A stretch of 64,000 bases of DNA, from positions 40,352,001-40,416,000 of the forward strand of contig CP068257.2 of NCBI GenBank assembly GCA_009914755.4, read 5' to 3'. Of the stretch, positions 1 through 14,761 are shown in pieces. A program made the translations under genes and the position numbers. Source of the DNA: the human T2T-CHM13v2.0 reference genome, Homo sapiens. The notes below the pieces were generated by a model. That model made no database searches and had not been told where the DNA came from. It worked only from the letters and a program-made list of their open reading frames with translations. Each line of letters begins with the position of its first letter. Position 1 is the stretch's first letter.

Positions 1-639
1 TTAGTATTATGGCAAAAACCACAATTACATTTGCACCGACCTAGTAGAAGCCCCAGGTGACAGGGAGAGGGGCACTGGTGGGTCCCAGTGGGAGAGAAAA
101 CAGCCTCACAAGCCCTTCTCTTTCAGTCTGTGAAGCGCATCACGGCCTCCCTCGCAGGTGGGTGAGGCGTGGCTGTCCTCATGATCCTCACAACTGTTGT
201 TTGAACCAGGTACCTCTGTGTCCAGCAAAGGGGTGGGGACTGTCCCCATCTCAGGGCGCTGCATAGACTCACAAAAGCAGCCTTCAAAAGGCATGGCTGG
301 GCTTGATTTTAAAAGGAGTCTCAAGTCTCTCCCCGAAAAAAAAAAAAAACAGGAAAAGGGTGGCCAGGTTAAGCCCGCTGGGTCCCTGGTGTTCTGAAGC
401 AGGGCAGGCTTGGTGGCCTTCTGTCACTGAGAAGCAGGGGGTCTGTAGAAAGGAAAATCACAGAAAAAGAAAACTGTAGGCCAGAACACAGGCTGTTGCT
501 GAGCCGCTGGACGCTAGCCCCACACATTGAACAGTGCCCTTCAAAAGGGAACTGGAGAAAGAATGTTCCAGGATTAAAAGGTGAAGTCAGGGAAGCTGCA
601 CAACCTCATAAATCCATGCAAACATTCCTAAAAAAAGAA

Positions 640-1010
640 GGTGTCTTAGTTCAGGCCACTAGAACAAAATAACATCCCGGGTGGCTTGTAAACAACATTT
701 ATTTTTCACCAGGCTGGAAGTCTGAGATCAGGGTGCCAGAAGGGTCAGGTTCTGGTGACGGGTTGCTGACTGCCGCCTTCTGGTTGTTTCTTCACATGGT
801 GCGAAGAGAGGGAGGGAGCTCTCTGGGGTCTCTTTTGCAAGGGCACTAATCCTATTCACGGGGGCTCAACCCTATGACCTCAGTGTCACTTCCCAGAGGC
901 TCCATCTCCTAATACCATCACACTGGAGGTAAGGACTTCAACATGTGGATTTTGGGGGAACACGAAGGGTCAACATGTGAATTTTGGGGGAACAGGAAGG
1001 GTCCTTCCTC
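640..1010 (+). mobile_element. ERVL-MaLR solitary LTR (MLT1/MST-like), 3' portion ending in ...ctcctaataccatcacactggaggtaaggacttcaacatgtggattttggggg
   Basis: Matches remembered MaLR LTR consensus blocks (ggcttgtaaacaacatttattt...caggctggaagtctgagatcagggtgccag; cctcctaataccatcaca; ggacttcaacat..aattttggggg). Family-level call only. Confidence 0.6.
940..1003. repeat. 32-bp tandem duplication (caacatgtgRattttgggggaacaSgaagggt x2) at the 3' end of the MaLR LTR
   Basis: Two adjacent near-identical copies read directly at 940-971 and 972-1003. Confidence 0.85.
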
Positions 1011-1303
1011 TGCAGGGGATGTCAGGGTGGGAACGCTCAGGGAACCTGGCAGAGGACCCTCTGTGGGGCAAGATCCTTAGTCGGTGCCCAGAGACTCCTT
1101 GGCTAGGCTGCTCCAAGGAACGCAGGTTCCAGGGCAAGTCCGCAGAAATAGCGAGGAACCGGGTTAAAGCACCCAGAATCTCAGCCAGTGCAATGGACGC
1201 TGGGCTGTCCAATAAATGATTGACCAAAGATCCTTTAAAGGGAATTGAAAAGATGAAAAAGAAATTAGATACTGCCACATTTTTATTTTAGCCCTCATCA
1301 AAA

Positions 1304-1562
<259 letters not shown>

Positions 1563-2769
1563 CTATGAGGTGGATGAAACAGATGTTATTATCACTGTTT
1601 TGCAGGTGAGGAATCCGAAGTCCTCATCAAGGACCCTCCACTTATTACAAATTCAGCTGGGACTGAAGCGGTGTGTCCGCAGCTTGGACACCAAACAGGC
1701 GACCCCTTTACTAGCTGAGAATACGCCTCTGTGAAGACAAGTGACTGCAAAGCAGCGAAGCCTCAGTCCTGAGAGCATTTTTCTAAGACATCAGTTCCAT
1801 CAGATATGTCTTTGGGAATCATTTCATACTCAGCCAAGTGTTAGAAAGGGCTGGTTGGCATTATTTGCTCCAATAATAAATCCACGTGCGCTAATGTTCG
1901 TCAATGCTGCTCTGCAGGGAGAAGTCAAAGCACGCAAGCCAGGCCTCCATGGGGAGGCCCGAGATGACTGGAGGGTTTGTGCCTAAGCATTTGTTCAGAT
2001 GCAATAATCCACTACTCTTGGGGAGAAAATGATCCTTTTTTAAAAATTATTTTGTCTTTTTAAAAAACTGATCTAACAAATTTTGCAGAATTGAAGGAGC
2101 AACTGAAGCAAAGTTTTCTTGTTGATAGAGGTGTGTCCGGTGTGCAGATGTGTCCTTTGGAGACTGGGTCGACATGTCGCCATGGCACTGTGCCTGCTCC
2201 AGTCCCTGGCCAGCCCTCCATCTGTCAGCGACAGCACACGAGGTCCTCCTGGACAGAGAGTATCCAGTACTATGGACACTGTGGACACAGAAAATGCTTC
2301 CTTCCTCTCTAAATCTCCCCAGGAGGGCTCCCTGGTGAGGCCCAAGGGAGGTGATCCAGACAGCCATCTCCTCACCAGAGCTTCTCCTCCCCCCTCAAAC
2401 GATGGAGAGAAAACATGGAGATGCTTCTTGCCGGCAGGTTTATAAGATTCAAAGCTTCTGGTGAGAAGCAGAGACAAGGTAGTATCCTTCTGTGTTGGGG
2501 AGAGCTGGCCACTGCTGATGCCATAGCTGAGAGTCCCCTGCAGAAGCTGTCCCAGGAGGCCACAGGAGGGGTTGTCCTGGTGCATGCCGACGGTAGCAGA
2601 GCTGCTACTCCTGCCGGTCCGTCCCTGGTGTTTAATGAGCCCGTCCTGAGATGAAGGAGGGAAAGTGGGGGCAGGCAAAAGAGAGAATGTCCATTGTGCC
2701 AGGAGGCATCCCCGCCTTCCTCCTGTAGCTCTGGGACCAGCTGCAAGAAGGCAAAGTATCATACCAGCC

Positions 2770-3295
2770 TTTTGAGAGGGGAGGCTCAGAAGCCCATCAG
2801 CAGACGAATGAGCAGACAGAATGCGGTCTATCCGTGTGATGGAACATTATTCAGCCGTAAAAAGGAATGAAGCACTGACCCAGGCTACAACACGGTGAAC
2901 CCTGAAAACGTGATGCTGCGTGAAAGAAGCCACTCACAAATGCCACACGTTGCGTGATTCAAACGCCACACATTGCATGATTCAAACGCCACACATTGCA
3001 TGATTCAAACGCCACACATTGCATGATTCCATTTACATGAAATGCCCAGAATAGGTGAGTGACGGGGCAGAAAGCAGGTGAGTGGTTACCTGGGGCTAGG
3101 GGTGGGCCGACAGGGAGTGACTGCTGATGTGCACAGGGTTTCTGTGGGGGGAGATGAAAACATTCTGGAGGACTAGATGGGGTGACGGATGCACAGCCTT
3201 TGAGTGTGCTGAATACCATCAAATGATACACTTTAAAATGGTGGTAATGGTACATGTAATGTTATGTGTATCTTACCACCGTTTAAAACAGAGCT
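2770..3295 (+). mobile_element. Ancient L1 (L1M-type) 3'-end fragment (ORF2 C-terminus relic + 3'UTR)
   Basis: Blocks match the remembered mammalian L1 3' end: ..ccatcagcagacgaatg..; ggaacattattcagccgtaaaaaggaa; ..gctgaataccatcaaatgatacactttaaaatggtggtaatggtacatgtaatgttatgtgtatcttaccac. Confidence 0.6.
2937..3028. repeat. Tandem array, 4 copies of a 23-mer (caaacgccacacattgcatgatt) inside the L1 3' end
   Basis: Read directly. Copies 2-4 are identical and copy 1 has 3 substitutions. The unit resembles the L1 segment ...caaaaagacaaatactgtatgattccac. Confidence 0.9.
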
Positions 3296-6200
3296 TGACC
3301 GGTTAGTTTAACAAATATTATGAGTGGCTTTTGTTATGGGCCGGGTGTGGTGGTTTGTTCACTGATTTGGCAAATATTTGTTGAGCAGCTGCCGTGTGTC
3401 AGGTGCTGGGCTAGGTGCTGGGGGTTAGTGATGAGCTAAATCAATTCTCATGGGACCTGAACTCAGCAGAGGAGACAGAGGGACTATTCCACAAGTAACT
3501 GTGTAAACTGCATGGGTGGCAGGGCAGCCGTGCAGCTAGGAGTAGTGACCAAGAAGAGTCCAAGGAAAGCCCTGCAATGCCACTGGATAGTGGGCAGGGG
3601 GCTCAGGCAGGACTGCAATGAGCCTGTGGGTTTTGTTCCTACAGCAAAAGAAAGGAGTGGCTGACTTGGCAGAGAAGAGATGAAATCATATTTGCATTTG
3701 ACCAAGATGGAGACAGTAGGGGGAGGAGGTGGGTGACCTGGAGGCTCACCTGGGATGGTGAGCCAGGCCCCTCAGGGGGTGGTGGGTGGGAGTGGGCTGT
3801 AGAGGTTGCCATGCAGGGGTCTCCCTTAGGCAGCATAGTGGGTGTGTGGGGCAAGGCTTGTGAGAAGGGGCCACCCCAGCAAGGATAAAGCGATGCCTGC
3901 CCACGGGAGTATCACGTTGGTCTGAGATGCAAGAAGAAAGAAACGGAGAGGACCATGGAGGGGGCTAAGAAATTCTAAAGGCAAGAAACAGTCAGGGAAA
4001 AGAAAGGATTCCACGGTGGGGGTGGCAGAGACCGAGTGCTGAGCCAGCGCCAGGCGCCCACCCTGTGGGCACATGTTATAAAGCAGCACCATGAAATGGA
4101 ACGGCGAGGCTCCCCAACACAACAGACTCTAGAAACTGATGGCTGGGTGTGAACATAACAAAACACTGGGAAAGGACATAATTAGTAAATCTTGGGATGA
4201 ATTATCAAATGGGAAGAGACCAGTGAAGTCAACCAGGGGGGCCCACCATGCGATTGTCCGGGTGAGGAGGGGAGGTTGGGCGCCTTCCCTGGCATGCAGG
4301 TTGCCCCCATCCTGCCTCCAGGGCTCAGGGCTCTGAGAGGACATGGTTGCAGCATGAAGGGCATGGGCTTTGCCTCCTCCACTGTAGGGTGGGAGCCAGT
4401 CCTGCTGCAAAGAGCCGCTATGGGGTTGGAGGTCACACATGTGCACAGACATGGCGCCTGGCCCACGGCAGGTGCTCCATACAGCACAGGAATAATGGCT
4501 TCGTTACACAGAGCCAAGAATAGGGAAGAATTTGTTTTGCTCTAAGTGCAACCTTCACGCCAAGCATATTTAACTTCGATGAATAAGCAGCAAAAACAAA
4601 CTTTGGGTTTTGTTCCTACAGCAAAAGAAAGGAGTGGCTGACTTGGCAGAGAAGAGATGAGATCATATTTGCACTTGACCAAGATGGCCCCAGGAGATAA
4701 TGGGAGGAAGGGGGTGACCCTGGAGGCTGATCTGGGATGGTGAGCTGGCCCCCTCCACTGTCGAATGTTTAAAAAACATTAAAAATGAGTCAAAAGGAGA
4801 ACAGAGGAATCCGCCCCTAGCTGGTGATGCTTCTTTTTGTTACATACAAGTGAAGAGAGTATAGAGAGTCATTCATTCATTCATGCAGCTCATCTGGACT
4901 GAGCATCTACTGTGTTAGAGAGACCACGTATAAATACCCTTTTAAATGTTTATTCAGTAACGAAGATATTCCTGCTTCTGACTTCTCCATCCAGGTCTTG
5001 GAATCACCACCTCTCACACACACACCCAGGAATCATCTCTGTACCAGCCTCCTTTTCTCTAACCTCGATCCCATCCCATCTGACCAATCAGAAACCAAAT
5101 CCCACCAGCCTTCTCTCTGTGATCGAACTGCATCTTCTTTCTTCTTCCCCACTGGGTCCATCTGCTGGCTCTCTAGCTGGAAGCTTCTCCACACCACCCC
5201 GCACCCACCTGCCAGCCCAGCTGCCGGGACTTTGGAACAGACCTGGCTGTGGATCCCCCTGGGGGGCTTCCAAGCTGTGTGACCTTGGACATGTTATCTC
5301 GCCCTCCTAGTGTTCATCTTCCCCATCAATAAGACAGGCATGAAGCTGCCTAGCTCACCAGGCTGTGGAAAGGATGGAAGACCACAGCAGGAGGCGTGAA
5401 GCTCCTGCATGGTGCCCAACACAGGCGAGAGGGCAGGTAAGGTTTCCGGGGCCTACCTCATGCAAGTGTCACCCATGGCTACTTAGGAATAATTTCTGGC
5501 ACTGGGCTCCCCTATGTTCCCTCCACATACACATTTAATCACCTTCCATTCCCCATCCCCCAGACCTGTCCCCTAGATCCTTGGCCAGTGCTCTTTGCCA
5601 CAGTTTCCCTTCCCTTGGGCTTCATCCTGCTGAAGACACTGCTGACCCGGCTGCCTGCAGTGACCTGCAAGCCTGCACCTGCTGCTTCCTGAACTCTCCT
5701 TAGGTGCTGCCCAGAGACACCTCCTCTATCCTGTGGAATGTCATGGGGACCTGGATTGCTATTTCACATTTCATGTGTGTGCCTATCGCCCCGGCTGGAC
5801 TCAGTTCCTTCAGGATTAGGACCAGGCCTTATGGTCCTTTGAATTCCTCCTCAAAAATCTGCAGGTTTTCCAGAAACATCTCTTGATTTCAATTAGAGGT
5901 TTGTAGCTCTAGCACCAAAGTTAAGTTGGATCTAGGGCTGCTGTTTGCAAGACGTACTTACTAATCCAGGTGGGCACAGGCCATGCAGCAGCCAGGCCCT
6001 CCAGTGCTGGGCTGGGGCTGCCCTGCCCCCTCCCCTCTCAGGATCAGTCCTCCCGTGGAGACGGGGTGTCTTTCTGGGGTGCAGAAGCAACCACTCACTC
6101 CTTGGCTTTGAGGCTTCATGAGACCACAGGGAAGCGCTCAAGCCCCTCAGCCTGGAAAACAATGCCAGGCTTCCTTTCTCAGATAATCCCTCTGATCCCT

Positions 6201-6444
6201 GCCCCCCTGACCCTCCACAGGCACATCCAGCCTCCTGCAGGGCTCCTCAGACCCCAACCTGCCCAGCTGTTGGCATCACCCCTACCATTTTCTGCCTGCA
6301 GATCCCTCTCCCTCCTCACCTGAAAATCTCTCTCCTCCCTCCAAGAATCAGATCACGGTTACCCCTTAGCAGTGTGAGAAATAAACTCACCTGTCCAAGC
6401 CCAAAGAACAGACTCAGAGACCTGGAGAACAGTGAGAGTGAGAC

Positions 6445-6744
<300 letters not shown>

Positions 6745-7334
6745 ATTGGGCCTGAGAGTCAGACTCTTAATGATGGTCTTGCAAAATCAAGTGTCTGATG
6801 GGCAGAAACACCCAGCACGGTTTTAACAAGTAATTTATCCCCTGGTGTGCAGGTCCCTCCCCTGCTTCCTCATTGCTGCTAGTCATTAGCACACCGGGGG
6901 TCACAATCTTCCCAGACGTCGCCTATTGGTTGTTGGGCAGGGACTTCAGGTGTTTTTTTTTTTTTTTTTTGTAGGATTGTACTGCTGCACTTTGTTGCAG
7001 CCCACAATGCATTGCAATCGTAGTTAGCTCAAGGGCTCTTCAAGTATTTAATTTATGACCGAAGTAGCCGGGCAGGCTGGTAAGAACAGACAAAGTGAGC
7101 TATTTTGAAGGGTAGTAAACTTTCGTCTTAGACTAAACTTTTTTGCTTCGGGTGACAGCAACTGAGGGCAGAGGCAGCAGACAAGCAGGCGTTGACGATC
7201 CAAGCAGGGGCCTAGTGTATCCTGTTTCTTCTGTAGTTTGCTGACCTAAGCTGATTCAAGGCACTTTGTCTTGGAAATGGAGCACCGTAGACATGATCTC
7301 CTTCAGCAGGAAGTGTCACACATGGATTAACACC

Positions 7335-7535
7335 CCTGACTCCAGGTCTGACTGTTTGGCGTCAAATTCTGGCTGCTGTGATTTTAGGTAAATCATTTCG
7401 CCTTGCTGCCCCTCAGTTTCCTCATCTGTAACATGGGAGGAATGAGACTGCCCACTTCTTACAGTCTCTGTGAGAACCAGATAACTAATAAGCACATGTG
7501 CAAGCACAGGGCCTGGCACAAGGTCACTTCCATCT
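7335..7535 (+). mobile_element. MIR SINE fragment
   Basis: cctcagtttcctcatctgtaacatgggaggaatgag...cacagggcctggcacaaggtcac matches the MIR core (cctcagtttcctcatctgtaaaatgggg...gcctggcacatagtaagcgc). Confidence 0.6.
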
Positions 7536-7683
7536 GCTCTCGGTGTACAGTAGACGGTCACCCCAAGATCAGGTCTGTCTCCTTCCCTCACTGTCTTGTT
7601 CCACTTCATATCCCAGCATGGGATGGGGAACTGGTCAGATGGGGTAGCCTCAACAGATGGTTGTTAGATAATTGAATAAATGG

Positions 7684-8044
<361 letters not shown>

Positions 8045-8336
8045 GAGTTTTCAAGTGCAATTTTGTTTGGAGTCCCAGAATCTAAAGTCACCCTGTTGGT
8101 GAAAAATATGAACTTCCTCTTGCATCTTACTCAGGGCAGGGGGTTAGTGGGACAAAAGCTGCTTTCAGTCTCCTGGCCAGTGCCTCTGAGTAACAGCCCT
8201 TTTGTGAAGGGCAGAAAGGAGAGTGTGTAGTTGTCAGGAATATTCAAGCAGAACCAAAGCTGACATCACGCCTGTAAATATGCATGCATGCCCACAGCTA
8301 CCCTGGTATTGGCTGGCTCAGCCTGTGCAGTGATAC

Positions 8337-8362
8337 CACACACACACAAACACACACACACA
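8337..8362. repeat. (CA)n-like dinucleotide repeat, imperfect
   Basis: cacacacacaaacacacacacacag. Confidence 0.8.
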
Positions 8363-9910
8363 GCTGGTTGTCCCTAACTGCTGCTAGTCACTAGCACACC
8401 GAGGGGGCCAGGGTCAACATCCTCATGACCGTTCCTAGTGGCTTCCACAGAGCGGGGACACAACAGCAAATCAGCGCTGGCGAGAGGTTTGCAGTGCAGA
8501 ATTCATCCACCCCCTGGAGCTGGGATGTTAGAATGTGTTCCCCAATTCAATATGCTTCTATTTAAAATAAATACAATCTTGGCTTCAAAATCATGGGTCA
8601 TGGCACTGCTGTGTCTGGAGGTAGGAAGCCTCTTCATCAGGGCAGTTTCAGGCCATTCATCTTGCTAGAGTGTGGATAACACACATCAAAAGCAAAGTTC
8701 CACATATTACATTTATTTTAAATCTATAAAGATGGAAAATGATTAGAATAAAGGTGCCAGCCTATAGTTAGCTGTTTCTAGATATTCTTTTGTCCTCGGC
8801 TTAGATGTACCACAGGAGGAATTGTTCTTTCTTCTTGCTCCCATTTCTTTTCTTGGAGTTAGTGGGGTAGGTCTCCCACTCGTGACACCTGCTTCATGCC
8901 TTTTTGCACCACACAGAGATGGTGGTAGTGGCCTTGGAGGCTGCAGTCTCTTAGCTCTCATGACTGCTACCACATTTGTGTTCAGTTGCTCAGGCCGTTC
9001 ACTGCACAAGGACACCTGGCAGAAGGAGCAGTGGGGCCAGTGTACCTCCTGGTGGAAGGCTGCATCTGCCTGGAGGAAGGGGTGTCTTTTTAATGCAGGC
9101 AGAGGCCTGTCCAGCCAGCGGCAGCCCTGGCTCCCTCGTCCTCCCGGGAGTACCATGGCACTGCACTCAGGGGCTTCTGAGGCTGCTGTGCTGACTAGGA
9201 AGTCTGAGACCCCCAGTGATGCACAAGAAACTGGGGCTGGGTGGTCTGTCAGCCGACTTCGGGGGAGCTGTGTTCAGGAGAGAAGGGCTTGGGAAAGCTG
9301 TGCTCTATTCCATGCTGGATAAAAGGAGCAGAGATAACCCGGTCAGGGTCATGGGTAGAGGCCATGGAGACAAACAAGACAGAGGAGATGAGCTGCAGCC
9401 GCCTCTAGCTGGAAACGCAGTGCAGAGGCGCCCAGGCCAAAGCAGCTTCTGTTCACAAAAAGTCTCCCCGAGGCCCTGCAAGGAGGAGCAGGAGCCAGTG
9501 CTCCCCTCTCCCCGCTGGGAGGAAGTGCCTGCCTGCTACCCAGGCAGGGGAGGGGCTTGCTGGCATTTTCCCAGGAGCAAATGCAGCACAGAATGGGGGT
9601 TCCTTAGGCCCCAGTCAATGAATTCCACCAGGAATGCGGTGAGACCTCAGGGGCAGAGGCCCACAGAGGACATCAGGCATCCGAGAGACGGACACACGGG
9701 GGAAAAGGGCATTTCCAGGCCCTCTGAGCAGTCTCTGCGCTTGCATGACGTTAGATGATGAGGAATAAAAACCCAAACCTTATTTCAGCGCTGCATGGAA
9801 AGAATTTCCCTGAGCTGATATGAATGACATACCTTCTGCTTTTAATGAGGTCCAGTATAAAGACGATTTATGTGAAGAATATTTTGGTCTTAAAAGACTC
9901 TGTTATTTTG

Positions 9911-10231
<321 letters not shown>

Positions 10232-10404
10232 TTAAAGTGTATAATAAACTCTTCCTTTAATATTAGTTGGAGTTTGTCTCTCCAGTTTAACCTGAAAGGT
10301 TACTGTGATTGGGCAACCATGAGGCAGTTTCCCCAGATGCTTCTTGATCAACAGCTGTTCTGTTCCAAGGGCCTGCTCCTGACTGGTTTTGATCAGCTCT
10401 TGGA

Positions 10405-10709
10405 TTTTTATTTTTATTCATTTTTTTTGAAACAGGGTCTTGATCTGTTGCCTAGGCCAGAGTGCAATGATGCCATCTTGGCTCACTGCAACCTCTGCCT
10501 CCAGAATTCAAGTGATTCTCCTGCCTCAGTCTCCTGAGTAGCTGGCATCACAGGCGTGTGCCACCATGTCCAGCTAATTTTTGTATTTTTAGTAGAGACG
10601 GAGTTTCACCATGACGGACAGGACGGTCTCGAACTCCTGGTCTCAAGTGATCCCCCGCCTCAGCCTCCCAAAGTGTTGGGATTACAGATGTGAGTCCCTG
10701 CGCCCAGCC
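10405..10709 (-). mobile_element. Alu SINE (antisense). Forms an inverted pair with the Alu at 9911-10202, about 200 bp apart
   Basis: ttttttttgaaacagggtcttgatctgttgcctaggccagagtgcaatgatgccatcttggctcactgcaacc...gggattacagatgtgagtccctgcgcccagcc. Confidence 0.9.
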
Positions 10710-13700
10710 AGTTCTTGGATTTTTAGTCGTTCTGGTTTATATTTGGTTGACTTTGATAAGGCTCCTTATAAAAGGGCACGACCGATAAACCAAAGTGTCT
10801 GGATTATTACAGAAAATAAAATTCAGGTAAGAGCCAGATGTTGGCTGATAAAGGGAGTGCCAGGAACCCTCTGGCTCTGTAGATTGTGCCAGAGCCTCAG
10901 GGATCACCGGCCGAGCCGGGGCTGCACCCTGCTGCTCAGTCTTCTCTTGTCGCCCTGGGAGAGGGAGATGGTGGGATTGGGCCGGGGGTTAGGAGACAGT
11001 GCCACAACAATGCTCTTCGAAATCAAACATGCGAGAAAGCAACGTTTAATTTTGTTTTTCATTTGGCGTATTCACATTTCTGTCTTTTGCTTTTGGTCCA
11101 TGTTTGCTCTCCTTTCTGTGCTTGTCACGGGCATCTGGTCACTCCCGGCCTACTGCATTCCTACTCTTTCTCATCCCAGTTCAAGCGTGTTCCCCAGGCC
11201 AGCCTGCCCCTTGCATCTCTGCCAAGACGTTGTTTCTCACGCACCTGGGAAGGTGTTTCACATGCCCGAACACGCTGAGGGTCAGATGGACCCCAGGGTC
11301 TCAGCCGGCCGACCCTAACTTCCCAGGCTGCATGTAAAGCCGTTGTGCAGAGTCTTTTCTGGAAGTAGAGCCTCTTCTCCACTAAGTTATTTTTTCTTTT
11401 TAACTTAGGCCTTGCCCACGAGATACTTGATAGTCTTCCAGCTTTTATTTTATCTGTCCACTTTGATCAACTTTGATCAGCATCAGCATGATTTCAAAGT
11501 CTTTGTCAAGAAACAGACGCTGGCGTTGGATGAGGCATGGGAAAGATGAAGAGAGTTGGCTGAGAAGGACGTGGTCCCCAGCCCTGTTCTTGAGGCTGGG
11601 TCTTTAGGGGGCCAGGAGGTGCGGAGCTGAACGCTTCCCGCCTGAGGCTTCATCCGCCCGCAAGTGCATCAGGACTCTGCTTGCAAAGCGACGATCATTT
11701 CCTGGGTTATCAGTCTGGAAGCTGCATCCACAAAGAACAGGAGGCTGTTGGTTTTTGCTCATGCATTCATTCCTTCGTTCATTTGGCATTCCTTGGAGTG
11801 CAGCCAGCAGCCACGGGGCGCAGGTGCAGTCCGTTCTGGGCCACACCTGAGAAGAGCTGCAATCCTTGCCTCTTGTTGGAGGCTTTAGGCCCCACCTCGT
11901 GTCCTCCTGACCTACCTTTCTGCCTCAGCCCTGCTCTGGCAGCCGGCAGTGCACAGGTGGGGCCTGGCAGCCCTGTGCCTACGCAGCCCCACGTATGTCC
12001 TGCTTCTTGCCTCGGGTTTCCCTACTGCCCCTGCGTGGGACTGGCGTCACCATTCTGGGGGACAGGTAGATCTTGAAATGATGAAACATTAATTCCCTGG
12101 GGCCAACCTTGACCAGTGAGTGACAAGAGATGGAGGACAAAGGACAAACACTTGCCACTTGTATCTTCCTTCTCAGAGGCTTCTCTGTGGGTCTCCAGGG
12201 TCCCCAGCAGGAGGCAGCGAATCCCAGCTGCCCACAGCCTAGTAATCCAGTGTGGGTTCCCTTCTTCCCTGTTTTCCTCCTCCCAGCCCGGACCTGTTCC
12301 TGGAATCACTTCCCAGAACTCACCACTAGGCCACAAGCTCTTGTTATTTGAGGAAGGTAGCTAAGGCAGCCACAGGGAGCTCACAGTGTAGGGAGATGGA
12401 GCCAGGCACCCAGGAACCATCTCAACCCACGTGGTGAGGGCCACGAGGCATTTCCCAGAGCCTGTGGCACAGAAGAAAGCCAGCCCGGTCCCCTGGGGCA
12501 GGTCAGGGGAAGGCTGAACTGGGTCTTGAAGAGGAAGTGGGGGAGGGAGGGACACTCTAGAGCGCAGGAGCAGTGAGTTCAAAGGCCAGGAAATGTGAGG
12601 AGGCCGGGCTCCATGGAGACTGGGCCCTATTCTTCTGGTAGATCTGCCCGGATATCCAGCGTGTTTGATTGGACCTGGTTGAGATGAGTTTGGAACTGAA
12701 GGCATTTCCTGGCCAAAGTGCAAAGTGACCTTGGAGAGAATTCAGTTTTCCTCAGAGGGGATGAGGAACTCCCACCCTGGGATCAAGCGAGGAAGAACTG
12801 CCATCAAGTTTGTGTGTCCTCTACAGCCTCGCTATTCCAGTGTGTGGGCCAGGACAGCAGCTTCCACACCACCTGGGAGCGTGTTGGAAATGCAGAGTGT
12901 CAGGCCCCGCCCTGGACCTGTGGAACCAAACCCTGCAGTTTCGTAAGAGCCCAGGGTTTTGAATGCACATTAAAATTTGGGAAGTCCTGTCCTAGGGCAC
13001 TTTGCAGAAGATGCTTTTGACCGGGCTTGGGGCAGGGCAGCAGAGTTCTGTAAGGGAAAGGGTCTTCGATGAGAGAGGAGAGGAGGGACTCAAAGCACCT
13101 GCTGGGAACTGGGGAGGGTAAGGCAGGGGGAGGAGCCAGAAGACGCTGCCAGGTCTCATCCATGGGTGAGGGGTGACAAGCTTCATGGAAATGCAGGGTG
13201 GGGGGAAAAGGGGAGGGGGCGATGGGCTCTGCCTGGGGCTGCCCCATCTAAGGTGTCCATGGAGATAGGAAACCAGAGACGTTCACCGGGAGTGATTTTA
13301 GTGAATCCTTGCTTCCCTTGAGTCTTCACTGTTTTCCAAATCTTTACAAACCATCTGCTTAATGATTAGGTCTAGAATGTTCTTAGAGATCACTGTCAAC
13401 ATTACCAGACTGAAATTTCTGGAGTCATCTTGTAGACAGTTGGGATATTTATGTTTTCCCCTTTCATTTGCAACTTATATTAAGGTCCCTGCATGGGGCC
13501 CCAGTAAATAGCACCCATCTTCCTCACTTGGGTGCTGGAGATGTTAGATATTGGATAAGTTGAATAAGCTGAGTGAAGTAATGAGTACCCAGGGAGCAAA
13601 CTGTCACGATTTGTCCTGTGAAGGTAAGTTGAGGATGCAGCCTGAGATCTCCTGGTCAAGTTGGGTTGTGAATCGGGTAGATCTAGGCACCCAAGCACTG

Positions 13701-14465
13701 GCAGGGCTGATGGGGCCGACGGGCTTTCTGCAGGCAGCAGATTCCTAACCATGCCCATCAAATATTCTTCCAGAACTCCTCCTAGGAGCAGGGTAGCCTG
13801 GGGTCACTGGAGGCCAGGAGATGGGTGATTAGAGCCCCTGTCCCAAGGAGACGTGGGGTTGGGGGATGCTTTTCCGCTACTCACCTGACTTCTAGATGAA
13901 GGTCGGGTGTGTGGTGGGAAAGTTCGCCACACCTGCAAGCTCTGGCAGCATTTCATGCAGGTCCACCTGGGCCCAAAGGCCTGGCCCTAGCAGCATCTGA
14001 AGGCATCCCGGTTCTCTAGTCTCTGCCCCACTCTGGTCCCTGCAGACTGATTTTACCTTGTGCACCGCTGTCTTTAGTGAGGAGATTATGAGCAAAGTCA
14101 GAATAGAGGATGGAAGCCCTGAGCTCCAAGGACGGCTGTCCCCAAGCTCCTGACCCTGAGGAGACACATGTGCTGCGTGCTGGGCACTGGATAGTCCTGG
14201 TCGTCTCCAGCTGGTCCTAGGATCTTGGACAAGTCTCCATCATCCTGGAGCCCTGCAGGGCCCTCCTGAGGCAATGGGGGCCCAGCTGCCCTTGGGACTC
14301 CTCCAGCCGCCGCTCTCCAGGGTCCTGTCCTCTGCTTCTCTCAGGCCAGTGTGGGCAGCACCTGCCAAGCCCTGCTGCTCTCGGCCACCTCCCGGCTAGG
14401 AACATGTGCTTGGGCCTCCACCTGTTGATTTTTGAAAAATTATTATTTTTATTATTTTCTATTTT

Positions 14466-14761
14466 CTTTTTTTTTTTTTCTGAGACGGAGTCTCACTCTG
14501 TCGCCCAGGTTGGAGTGCAGTACCACGATCTCAGCTCACTGCAACCTCCGCTTCCCGGGTTCACGCCATTCTCCTGCCTCAGCCTCGGAGTAGCTGGGAT
14601 TACAGGCGCCTGCCACCATGCCTGGCTAATTCTTTGTATTTTTAGTAGAGATGGGGTTTCACTGTGTTAGCCAGGATGGTCTCCATCTCCTGACCTCGTG
14701 ATCCACCCACCTCGGCCTCCCAAAGTGCTGGGATGACAGGCGTGAGCCACCGCGCCCAGCC
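14466..14761 (-). mobile_element. Alu SINE (full length, antisense)
   Basis: tttttttttttttctgagacggagtctcactctgtcgcccaggttggagtgcagtaccacgatctcagctcactgcaacc...ggatgacaggcgtgagccaccgcgcccagcc. Confidence 0.9.

Noticed and set aside
2073-2762. 229-aa minus-strand ORF with nested ORFs on both strands
   Set aside because: It has low-complexity Ser/Leu/Gly-rich translation, no domain, no plausible splice or promoter context and sits adjacent to an L1 relic. Random ORF.
10611-11318. 235-aa plus-strand ORF
   Set aside because: It initiates inside the antisense Alu (10405-10709) and runs through unique low-complexity sequence. No homology features. Overlapping ORFs lie in other frames.
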